Position numbers and translations under genes: made by a program. From Pseudobdellovibrionaceae bacterium (GTDB lineage: Bacteria; Bdellovibrionota; Bdellovibrionia; Bdellovibrionales; Bdellovibrionaceae), in NCBI GenBank assembly GCA_041288045.1, contig JBGGMM010000088.1:1-10395 (forward strand): a DNA stretch of 10,395 nucleotides. Direction: 5' to 3'. Position 1 is the stretch's first letter. Each line of letters begins with the position of its first letter. The notes beneath the pieces are model-generated. The model had not been told where the DNA came from and did no database searches. It saw only the letters and a program-made list of their open reading frames with translations. Shown here piece by piece: positions 1-7,688 of the stretch.

Positions 1-1596
1 ACTCGCATGGCCATCTCTCAAGACGGCTCTGTCGGGATCGGAACCAACAAACCAGTTTCATTTGTTCAAATCGCCTATCCAGGAATGATCTCAGCCATTA
101 ACAATGCGAATACTTATTTGCAAATCGGTGGTGATGAAAGCACGTCCAACGGTCACCGCTTGATCGGCTTTGGATACACCACTCCGTCCAACACTTATTC
201 TCCGGCCTATATGGGTTATCAGGAAAGTAGCAGTGCTGGGCAATCAAAAGGTGATTTGATTTTCGGAACTCGCAGCACAACCTCGGACGCGCAACCTGAA
301 GAACGAATGAGAATTATGAGTTCCGGAAATGTGGGAATCGGAACAAATGCTCCCGGCACAAGCTTGGATGTGAGTGGCGCGATCACTGTTCGCCCGACGG
401 GAACAGCCAGTGGCAATACAGGACAAATCCTTTTGCGAGAACTTTCTGTCAATGGCACAAACACTGTGACCCTCAGAGCACCTGATGCCTTAGCGGCCGA
501 TGTGAGCTTTGCTCTGCCAAGTGGTGACGGATCCAGTGGCCAAGTGCTGTCGACCAATGGATTGGGAGTTCTGACTTGGATCGATGCCGGCAGCAGCAAT
601 GGTTTTGTCGATGGTGGAAACTCTTTCGGTCAAGCTGGAGATCTTGGAACCAATGATAACAATCCACTTTATTTAAGAACCAACAGCAACACCAAGATGA
701 CGATTTTAGCTGCAGGCAACATTGGGATTGGGACGACCAATCCGACTTATAGCCTCAGCTTCAGTGGAGATTCCTCTCGCACCATCGGAATGGAAAGACA
801 TTCCACTGCCGGCACTGCAGGCAGCGATCTGATTCTAGCTGCCGGCGGAGCAACCAGCGGATCTTCCAACAAAGATGGTGGCGGGCTTCAGTTGAAAGCA
901 GGAACTGCCACCGGAAACGGCGGATCCAATATTTCTTTTTACGTGGCGCAAGGAAATCAAGGACCTGGTACCACTGATCGGCTGGCTGATATTTTTATGG
1001 GCGGCATTGATGGCACAACTCGAAGCGTGCGGTTAGGGATCGGATCATCTGCCGCCGGAAATTACAGTACAGCTTTGGGTTACAGCGCTTCGGCTCAAGG
1101 CAACTATAGCGTGGCTGTTGGTCCCAACTTTTATGTCAGTGGCACAAATAGCATGGGTTTCAATCTCGATACCACCAACCGAACTCTTTCTCAGGATAGC
1201 ACCATGGCCATCATGGGTGGGAATGTCGGAATCGGTACGACGATTCCAGGTTCAGGAACCAAATTGAATGTCGATGGTCAGATCCGCTCCAAGTCGGCAT
1301 CAATTGCCACGGGCTCAGTGGACTGGTCGGCTGGAAATACAGTCACCACTTCTTTTGATTGCGGAAGCCAAATCAGTATGGCCAACATTCGCGATGGAGG
1401 GAGCTACACTCTTGTGGTCACTGGCACGGGCACCACTCAATGTGATTTCAACACGGCCACCACTGGCGATGATGCGGGCACTGTGACCTATCGCTTCAGT
1501 CCTCCGAATTCGACCCGATCAGCTTCGACACACACGATTTATTCTCTCTTAAGAGTCGGCACCATTGTTTACATTTCATGGATTGGCGGATTTTAG
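1..1596 (+). CDS. Mosaic phage-tail-fibre-like trimeric adhesin (Bdellovibrio MAT/'tail fiber domain' type), 5'-truncated by the window edge
   Basis: The frame is open from base 1 (act cgc atg = T-R-M), and RMxI...GxVGIGT is an internal repeat context, so the ATG at 7 is probably not the true start. G(S/N)(V/I)GIGT motifs occur at 25, 325, 715 and 1219. Other fibre-type motifs are LPSGDGSSGQVLSTNGLGVLTW and FVDGGNSFG...LGTNDN. A 14-aa-period YadA-head-like segment lies at ~1024-1160. The protein is G/S/T/N-rich. Stop is TAG at 1594-1596. Confidence 0.85.
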   Translation, partial: TRMAISQDGSVGIGTNKPVSFVQIAYPGMISAINNANTYLQIGGDESTSNGHRLIGFGYTTPSNTYSPAYMGYQESSSAGQSKGDLIFGTRSTTSDAQPEERMRIMSSGNVGIGTNAPGTSLDVSGAITVRPTGTASGNTGQILLRELSVNGTNTVTLRAPDALAADVSFALPSGDGSSGQVLSTNGLGVLTWIDAGSSNGFVDGGNSFGQAGDLGTNDNNPLYLRTNSNTKMTILAAGNIGIGTTNPTYSLSFSGDSSRTIGMERHSTAGTAGSDLILAAGGATSGSSNKDGGGLQLKAGTATGNGGSNISFYVAQGNQGPGTTDRLADIFMGGIDGTTRSVRLGIGSSAAGNYSTALGYSASAQGNYSVAVGPNFYVSGTNSMGFNLDTTNRTLSQDSTMAIMGGNVGIGTTIPGSGTKLNVDGQIRSKSASIATGSVDWSAGNTVTTSFDCGSQISMANIRDGGSYTLVVTGTGTTQCDFNTATTGDDAGTVTYRFSPPNSTRSASTHTIYSLLRVGTIVYISWIGGF

Positions 1597-1600
1597 ATGT

Positions 1601-4600
1601 ATGATGAAAATTCAAACCGCGCTGCTTAGATTAGCACTCATCTTGTCCGGTTTGACTCCGGTTTTGGTTTTCTTTTACGCCACTCCCGATTCATCGGCCT
1701 ATCAGGCCCGCATCATGTTCTGGAAATCCCAGTGCCCGATCACTTACGGTGCCCACATCAGCGTCAACGGGCAAGTGAATGCTGTGCTTGTCGATGGCAC
1801 CACGACTTATATCGGTGGCAACTTCACCACCATTCAAGGGCAAGCCAGAAACAATCTCGCCGCCATTGACAACAATGGCAACCTGCTCGCTTTCAATCCC
1901 AATATGAACGGAGCCGTCAACGTTTTGAAAAAAGATGGCGGCACTCTTTACGTCGGCGGAGATTTCACCAATCTGCATGACTATCTCACCACTCAAGGTG
2001 TGGAGGTCAGCTCAGCCGGCGCTGTGAACACCAGCTTTCCCTCAGTCTCAGGCGGAACCATCAAAGCGGTGGTTCCTGATGGCAGCGGCGGTTGGTTCAT
2101 TGGTGGATCCTTTACCAGTGTCGGCGGCACTGGTCGGACTCGTTTGGCCCGCATCAATTCCGACGGCAGCTTGCACGCCTTCAGTGCCACTGCCAATGGC
2201 ACAGTCGAAGCTTTGGCTCTTTCAGGAACCACTTTGTATGTGGGAGGAGCCTTCACCGATCTTTCTGGAGGTGGGCGCATCAGCATCGGTGCTGTGAACG
2301 CGAATACTGGTGTGGTCACTGCCTGGAATCCAATCACCAATGTGGGCGGAACTGTGCGAACCATGGCCCTCAGCGGGACCACACTTTATATCGGTGGGGA
2401 TTTTATCAGTGTTGGGGGAGCCAGCCGACTTCGATTGGCGGCTCTTGACACCACTGTGAACACCAACAATGCTCTGGCCTGGAATCCCACTGTCAATGCA
2501 GGCGTGTACTCAATCAAGGTATCTGCCGACGGCAACACTCTTTATGCCGGTGGAAATTTCACGAATGTCGGTGATTATCAAGCTTCTCAGGGAACAGAGA
2601 TCAACACTTCCGGAGTTGCCAATGCCAGTTTTCCGCTGGTGACCGGTGGTGCCGTCAGCACGGCTGTCAGTGATGGCAGCGGCGGTTGGTACATTGGTGG
2701 ATCCTTCACCACTGTGGGTGGCCAAGCTCGAAACCGAATTGCTCGTATCAATTCTGACGGAAGTGTTCACAGCTTCAACCCAGGAGCTGATAGCGGGATC
2801 TCAGGCATGATTCTGATTGGCAGCACTCTGTATGTGAGTGGCTCTTTCTCGACAATCGGTGGTGCCACTCGCAATCGAATGGCGGCTTTGGACACGACCT
2901 TGGATACCAACAACGCCACAGCTTGGAATCCAAATTTCAATGGGACCATCAACGCTCTCGTCGCCAACGGCACAACAATCTATGCCGGTGGAGCTTTCAC
3001 ACAAATCGGCGACACGCAAAGCACCTCGGGCGGAGAGCTGGATCTGACTACGGGAAAAATGACCACCACTTTCCCAGCCATCACCGGCGGCGATGTGTTG
3101 GCCAGCGCTCCCGACGGCAGCGGCGGTTGGTACATCGCCGGAACATTCACAAGCGTCGGTGGAACTGCTCGCAATCGCATTGCCCGCATCAATTCTGACG
3201 GAACTCTGCATGCTTTCAATCCCGATGCAGATGGCGCCGTCAATGCTCTCGTTCTCAGTGGCAGCACTCTGTATGTCGGTGGAGCTTTCACCAATATCGG
3301 CGGCTCGACGCGAAACCGAATCGCAGCCTTAAACACCGCGCTGGACACGGGTAATGCCACTCTTTGGAATCCCAATGCCGACAACACAGTGAATGCACTT
3401 TTGCTCTCAGGCACAACCATGTACGTGGGTGGAGGCTTTGCCAATATCGGTGGTGCCGCTCGCACACGCATTGCCGCCTTGGACACAGCCACCAACACCA
3501 ACAATGCCACTCTTTGGAATCCCACTGCAGATAACACCGTTCGAAGTTTTGCGATCAATGGAACCACTCTCTATGTGGGTGGAAGCTTCGCCAACATTGG
3601 AGGCTCAGCGCGAAATCAGATTGCTGCTCTTCTCACCACAACCAACACCAATAATGCCACTGCTTGGAATCCGAACTCCAATGCGACTGTCAATGCAGTC
3701 CTTCTTTCAGGGACCACTTTGTATGTGGCCGGAGGCTTTTCCAGTATTGGAGGTTCTTCGCGAAATGCGATTGCCGCTCTGAACACAGCCGTGAACACCA
3801 ACAATGCCACGGCTTGGAATCCCGCTGCCAATTCCTTTTCTTCAGCCGCATCTTTAGCTCTTTCGGGAACCACTCTGTATGTTGGTGGAAATTTCTCTTA
3901 TGCCGGTGGACAAACGCGGTCGCGAATTGTCGCTCTGAACACAGCTGTGAACACCAACAATGCTCTCTCTTGGGAAGGCGCTGGCACTGGGACCGCTGGA
4001 ACTGTGAATACGATTTCACTGACTGCGACCAAAATGTATATCGGTGGAACCATCACTGTCTTAGGCGGAAGAAACAGATCCAGACTGGCTGCTCTTGATA
4101 CGACGGCTGCAACCGATATGGTCACCAATTTCAGTCCGGGATTGGACAATGATGTCAAAGCTGTGGCTTTCGCTAGCAACATTCTCTATGCCGGAGGCGA
4201 CTTCAGCGCGACGGCTTCTGTGAATCGAAATCGAATGGCGGCCTTTGACATGACGACGAGCACGGGCGCGCCCACCTCTTGGAATCCTGGCATCAGCGGG
4301 AATTACCCTTTCTTCTATTGGGTCAGCGCCATGGCGGTCTATGGTGGCAATGTCTATGTGGCCGGAAATTTTCGAATCTTAGGAGGGCAAGCGCGAGCTT
4401 CATTGGGTGCAGTGAGCGCCTCCACTGGCCTTGCAACAGCGTGGAATCCTGTGATTGGCTTTGACGATGCTTCTGGTGGATCGACTGTGCAGTATGCCTC
4501 AGAACTTTCGATCATGGGGGATACTTTGTACGTCGGAGGATTTTTCAATTCATTCACCAATGTTCCCAGAGAAAATTTGGCCGCTTTTGATCTTCTCACT

Positions 4601-5995
4601 GGCAGCGACACTCCCACGGATTGGCATCCAGCCACCAATGCGGCTGTCTCCTGGATCAGCAATGACGGAACCGACCTCTATGTCGGCGGCAGTTTCACTC
4701 AGATCGGTGGAACTCCCCGCTCCAGATTGGCTTCGATTAGCACCCTAACAGATACCAACAATGTCACCACTTGGGATCCAAGCGCCGATGCCACTGTCTT
4801 GAGTATTGAGGTCTCGGGAACAACTGTGTATGCCGCTGGAAATTTCAAAATGATTGGTGGTGCGGTCCGATCGAAAATCGCTGCCATTAGCACAAGCACA
4901 AACACGAATAATGCCACTGCCTGGAATCCCAACTCTTCAGGTCAGGTCAACAGCCTTTCGCTCAATGGCACCACCCTTTATGTCGGCGGCAGTTTTTCAC
5001 ACATCGGGGGACAGCCGCGGCTGAATGCTGCAGCCCTCGACACTACGACTAACACCAACATGGCCTCCAGTTGGAATCCCGGGGCGAACAACACAGTGGA
5101 TGCAATCTCCGCTTCGGGAACTGCAATCTACGTCGGTGGGCAATTCACAAATATCGGCGGAACTCCCCGGGGACGACTTGCCGCTCTGGACACTGGCTTT
5201 AACACCAACAATTCGACCTCTTGGAATCCAAGCGCCGATGGCTCGGTCAAAACGCTTTTGCAATCCGGAAATTATTTTTACGTCGGCGGAAATTTCTCAA
5301 GCCTTGGTGGCCAGTTCAGAAATGATTTGGGAATGGTGGACACCACGGTCGCTGTCAACAATGCCACAAATTTCAATCCTTCAACGGTTGGCGGAGCCCA
5401 GGTCCTTCCCAATGTCTCTTACATCAATACACTGGCTCTTTCAGGAACCACTTTGTATGTCGGGGGAAATTTTGATTTTATCGGCAATGCTTCTCGCTGG
5501 AGCCTTGCCGCTCTCAACACTTTGCTAGATACGAACAATGCCACATCTTTGAATTCGGCTTTGAATTCTTTTGCGACTGTCAACAGCATCGCTCTGAGCG
5601 GAACGACTTTGTACGTCGCTGGAAATTTCAATTCTCTTGGCGGCCAAACCCGCAATCGCATTGGTGCCATCGATACGACAGTCGCCAGCAACAATGCCAC
5701 CACTTGGAATCCGAACGCAAACGCCACAGTCTCCACGATCTTACTTGAAGGCACGAATCTCTATGTGGGCGGCTCTTTCACCAACATCGGAGGAGCCAGT
5801 CGCAATTATCTCGCCATGCTCTACACAGGCCGAGCGACGAATATGGCGGCACCATGGAATCCCAATGCAAGTGCAGCGGTTTCAGCTCTAGCATCGAATG
5901 GTGCTGGCACCTATACGGTGGGCGGAAACTTCACAACACTGGGTGGATCGGCGAGCCGAATCCGTGCAGCGACTTTGAGTGGCTGCGGGAATTAA
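1601..5995 (+). CDS. Large secreted multi-beta-propeller repeat protein (1464 aa, 28 blade repeats), putative adhesin
   Basis: ATG-ATG at 1601/1604 lies 4 nt after the upstream stop, with GGCGGA at 1585-1590 as a possible RBS; the TTG start at 1565 in the ORF track overlaps the upstream gene and is less likely. The N-terminus is Sec-like (MMKIQTALLRLALILSGLTPVLVFFYA...). It has 28 copies of a ~50-aa unit, VxAL.LSGTTLYVGGxFTxIGGxxRNRIAALD...WNP. Stop is TAA at 5993-5995. Confidence 0.9.
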   Translation: MMKIQTALLRLALILSGLTPVLVFFYATPDSSAYQARIMFWKSQCPITYGAHISVNGQVNAVLVDGTTTYIGGNFTTIQGQARNNLAAIDNNGNLLAFNPNMNGAVNVLKKDGGTLYVGGDFTNLHDYLTTQGVEVSSAGAVNTSFPSVSGGTIKAVVPDGSGGWFIGGSFTSVGGTGRTRLARINSDGSLHAFSATANGTVEALALSGTTLYVGGAFTDLSGGGRISIGAVNANTGVVTAWNPITNVGGTVRTMALSGTTLYIGGDFISVGGASRLRLAALDTTVNTNNALAWNPTVNAGVYSIKVSADGNTLYAGGNFTNVGDYQASQGTEINTSGVANASFPLVTGGAVSTAVSDGSGGWYIGGSFTTVGGQARNRIARINSDGSVHSFNPGADSGISGMILIGSTLYVSGSFSTIGGATRNRMAALDTTLDTNNATAWNPNFNGTINALVANGTTIYAGGAFTQIGDTQSTSGGELDLTTGKMTTTFPAITGGDVLASAPDGSGGWYIAGTFTSVGGTARNRIARINSDGTLHAFNPDADGAVNALVLSGSTLYVGGAFTNIGGSTRNRIAALNTALDTGNATLWNPNADNTVNALLLSGTTMYVGGGFANIGGAARTRIAALDTATNTNNATLWNPTADNTVRSFAINGTTLYVGGSFANIGGSARNQIAALLTTTNTNNATAWNPNSNATVNAVLLSGTTLYVAGGFSSIGGSSRNAIAALNTAVNTNNATAWNPAANSFSSAASLALSGTTLYVGGNFSYAGGQTRSRIVALNTAVNTNNALSWEGAGTGTAGTVNTISLTATKMYIGGTITVLGGRNRSRLAALDTTAATDMVTNFSPGLDNDVKAVAFASNILYAGGDFSATASVNRNRMAAFDMTTSTGAPTSWNPGISGNYPFFYWVSAMAVYGGNVYVAGNFRILGGQARASLGAVSASTGLATAWNPVIGFDDASGGSTVQYASELSIMGDTLYVGGFFNSFTNVPRENLAAFDLLTGSDTPTDWHPATNAAVSWISNDGTDLYVGGSFTQIGGTPRSRLASISTLTDTNNVTTWDPSADATVLSIEVSGTTVYAAGNFKMIGGAVRSKIAAISTSTNTNNATAWNPNSSGQVNSLSLNGTTLYVGGSFSHIGGQPRLNAAALDTTTNTNMASSWNPGANNTVDAISASGTAIYVGGQFTNIGGTPRGRLAALDTGFNTNNSTSWNPSADGSVKTLLQSGNYFYVGGNFSSLGGQFRNDLGMVDTTVAVNNATNFNPSTVGGAQVLPNVSYINTLALSGTTLYVGGNFDFIGNASRWSLAALNTLLDTNNATSLNSALNSFATVNSIALSGTTLYVAGNFNSLGGQTRNRIGAIDTTVASNNATTWNPNANATVSTILLEGTNLYVGGSFTNIGGASRNYLAMLYTGRATNMAAPWNPNASAAVSALASNGAGTYTVGGNFTTLGGSASRIRAATLSGCGN
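1769..5980 (+). repeat. Intragenic tandem array of 28 degenerate ~150-bp blade-coding repeats
   Basis: I counted 28 (Y/F/T)x(G/A/S)GxF-type cores in the translation. DNA-level similarity is visible, e.g. 2077-2117 vs 2671-2711 (41 nt, 2 mismatches) and recurring ACCAACAATGCCAC...TGGAATCC. Confidence 0.85.
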
Positions 5996-7530
5996 TTGCA
6001 GACACCTTGCTCTTCAGCACAAGTATAGGGCGAGCAACCATAACTAGTAGCACTGACGCAAGCATCTCTCGCACCGGCGTCTCGACAGGTAGGTTGATCC
6101 GGATAATCTGAATACGGCACGAACATACTTGTGTAACCGAGACAGGTCATTCGCCAGCAAGTGCAAGTGCTCGTTGGGCAGACCGCATGCGGGCGATCCA
6201 TTGAATCTGTCCAAATGATAAGATTCGGACTGGCTGAAAGCAGCGTGGTTCCCATGAGAAAAACTCGGGTGGCTCCAGGAGACATATTGACTGTTGAAAT
6301 GACTCCGCTTGAGCTTCTAGCTTGAATTGTACATGCCCCTGCAGTCGTACTTGCAGAACAAGAAGCCGAGGTCGATCCACTTGTACATGACCATGCCCAA
6401 GGTCCGGTGCCTGCCACAGCACTGGCCGTTCCGACGGCACAAAGTCCTGTCGTTGGAGCCGCCGCTCTTGAAGTTCCATCAGCAGCTCCACAGGTTGCGG
6501 TGGGTGGAGTGACTGAGCTGGCAGCACTGCAATTCGCATTCGTTGTGCTGCCGAAAACTCCACGGCAAATCCAAGTCCAAGGACCTGTTGCTCCGCCAAC
6601 AATTGCTGACGATGATCCAGCTGAACAGCGATTGGCGAGAGGTGGTGGAGCTGCGAGAGTTTGTCCATTCGCTGGTCCACACACTCCGGCAACTGGAGTT
6701 CCGACACAGGTTCCAGCTGGCCTTGGAGCTTCATCGAGAGCAACGACTTCACTTGCTCGACCTTGAGTGAATCCTAATCTCGTCAGTGGCGAAGGCCGAG
6801 GCACACAAACAACTTCCAAACCACTGCTTCCCCAGCGAAGATCTGTCATATACTCATCAGCTTCACATCCCAAAGTGGTCGGCAAGTTTGCACAGGTCAG
6901 TTTCAATGTGAGTGGATCCACACTCACCACATATTGTCCCGGGCCCGCAGAGAGACCACCTAGTCCCGAACAATTGTTACCGGCAGGAAGAGGTTGGCAA
7001 TTGGGAGTGTTGTCGGGATTCATCCCGGCAAAAACAGGCTGATCTGGGTTCAATGTAAAGCAATCGGTGGCTGTCACCTGAAGTGTATCATTGGGAACGA
7101 GAATGTCGATGTTGATGGGTTCAAAGGGGAAATCAATTCCATCATAAATCAAAGTTCCCATAATATGATTTGTCGAGCCAATCTGTACCAAACTGAGATT
7201 GCCTGGCATTCCCACTTTCACTCCACATAATTGAGGGGGCGTTAGCTCGCACTCGGCTCCAGGAATCAGAATTTCGATATCGTCTTTGAGATTGTTTCTG
7301 AGGCAGATCGCAACTCCCCCAGGACAGCCAGTGGTGCGAAAGGTAGTGGGCTGCATAGACAAAAGCCTGAGTTTGGCTTGGGCGGCGATAAACGAGGAGC
7401 GAATGCGAGGGGCCTTGAGTAGCACATCCGTTTGTTGGCTTTTTTGCATGAGGTATCCTGAAATCAATCCAACTCCAAGAGTCAAAACGATCGCAGTTAA
7501 AAGCGCCTGGCCTTTAGAATTTATCGACAT
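5992..7530 (-). CDS. Large Cys-rich minor pilin/pseudopilin-like protein (PilX/GspK-like, no Glu5), 512 aa
   Basis: ATG at 7530 has GAGGA about 10 nt upstream. The N-terminus MSINSKG|QALLTAIVLTLGVGLISGYLM has a short leader, a Gly at the putative cleavage site and a hydrophobic helix, as in class III signal peptides. It is followed by three Cys-bracketed modules, two CG.A.G...GPW.W.C repeats and a 10-Cys C-terminal domain. The stop overlaps the stop of the convergent gene. Confidence 0.75.
   Translation of the reverse strand: MSINSKGQALLTAIVLTLGVGLISGYLMQKSQQTDVLLKAPRIRSSFIAAQAKLRLLSMQPTTFRTTGCPGGVAICLRNNLKDDIEILIPGAECELTPPQLCGVKVGMPGNLSLVQIGSTNHIMGTLIYDGIDFPFEPINIDILVPNDTLQVTATDCFTLNPDQPVFAGMNPDNTPNCQPLPAGNNCSGLGGLSAGPGQYVVSVDPLTLKLTCANLPTTLGCEADEYMTDLRWGSSGLEVVCVPRPSPLTRLGFTQGRASEVVALDEAPRPAGTCVGTPVAGVCGPANGQTLAAPPPLANRCSAGSSSAIVGGATGPWTWICRGVFGSTTNANCSAASSVTPPTATCGAADGTSRAAAPTTGLCAVGTASAVAGTGPWAWSCTSGSTSASCSASTTAGACTIQARSSSGVISTVNMSPGATRVFLMGTTLLSASPNLIIWTDSMDRPHAVCPTSTCTCWRMTCLGYTSMFVPYSDYPDQPTCRDAGARDACVSATSYGCSPYTCAEEQGVCN
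6352..6687 (-). repeat. Two tandem 4-Cys ~50-aa modules (CGxAxG...P...C..G...GPWxWxC...CSA)
   Basis: GVCGPANGQTLAAPPPLANRCSAGSSSAIVGGATGPWTWICRGVFGSTTNANCSA (~6523-6687) and ATCGAADGTSRAAAPTTGLCAVGTASAVAGTGPWAWSCTSGSTSASCSA (~6352-6498). Confidence 0.85.
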
Positions 7531-7688
7531 AGGATGAACGTCCTCAACATCAAATTCCATCCTCCCATTTCTCAGCACAGTTTACCAAGATTTCTCAAAA
7601 TGATCCGATCTAAGTCGAGACAGTCCAAAGCCTATTCTGAGAAATTCATCGGCATTTTCGGCGATCTTGATTTAAACTAGTGGATAGC
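7531..7688. promoter_or_regulatory. Divergent promoter region between pilin-like genes, with three ATTTCTCA copies
   Basis: This is an AT-richer 158-bp gap between divergent starts. ATTTCTCAG lies at 7567-7575, ATTTCTCAA at 7590-7598, and the inverted copy CTGAGAAAT at 7637-7645. No confident -35/-10 elements could be assigned. Confidence 0.55.

Noticed and set aside
1300..1596. Fibre as a classical trimeric autotransporter (YadA-like head, C-terminal Phe)
   Set aside because: No coiled-coil stalk or four-strand amphipathic YadA anchor pattern is evident. The C-terminal domain has two Cys and looks like a soluble beta domain.
1300..1596. C-terminal S74 intramolecular chaperone typical of many fibres
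   Set aside because: There is no SD.RLK-type cleavage motif and no terminal coiled coil.
2900..5720. Repeated NNAT N-x-T sequons as N-glycosylation sites
   Set aside because: They mostly lack the D/E at -2 required by Campylobacter-type PglB, they are explained by the repeat consensus, and no glycosylation genes are in the window.
1691..5754. Series of minus-strand ORFs (up to 195 aa) with recurring PPTYKVVP/GFQAVAL motifs
   Set aside because: They are antisense shadows of the repetitive propeller gene; their repeats mirror the plus-strand codons.
1769..5980. CRISPR array or DGR template/variable repeat pair
   Set aside because: The repeats are degenerate, in-frame and protein-coding. No adenine-specific mismatch pattern was noticed, and no reverse transcriptase or cas gene is in the window.
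6147..6766. Alternative-frame ORFs 6147-6752 (-, 201 aa) and 6407-6766 (+)
   Set aside because: They lie inside the pilin-like gene, whose frame has coherent Cys repeats, and have no recognisable features.
5992..7688. Invertible (shufflon-like) segment explaining the opposite orientation of the pilin-like gene
   Set aside because: No inverted repeats flanking both ends of the gene were found by eye, and no recombinase is in the window.
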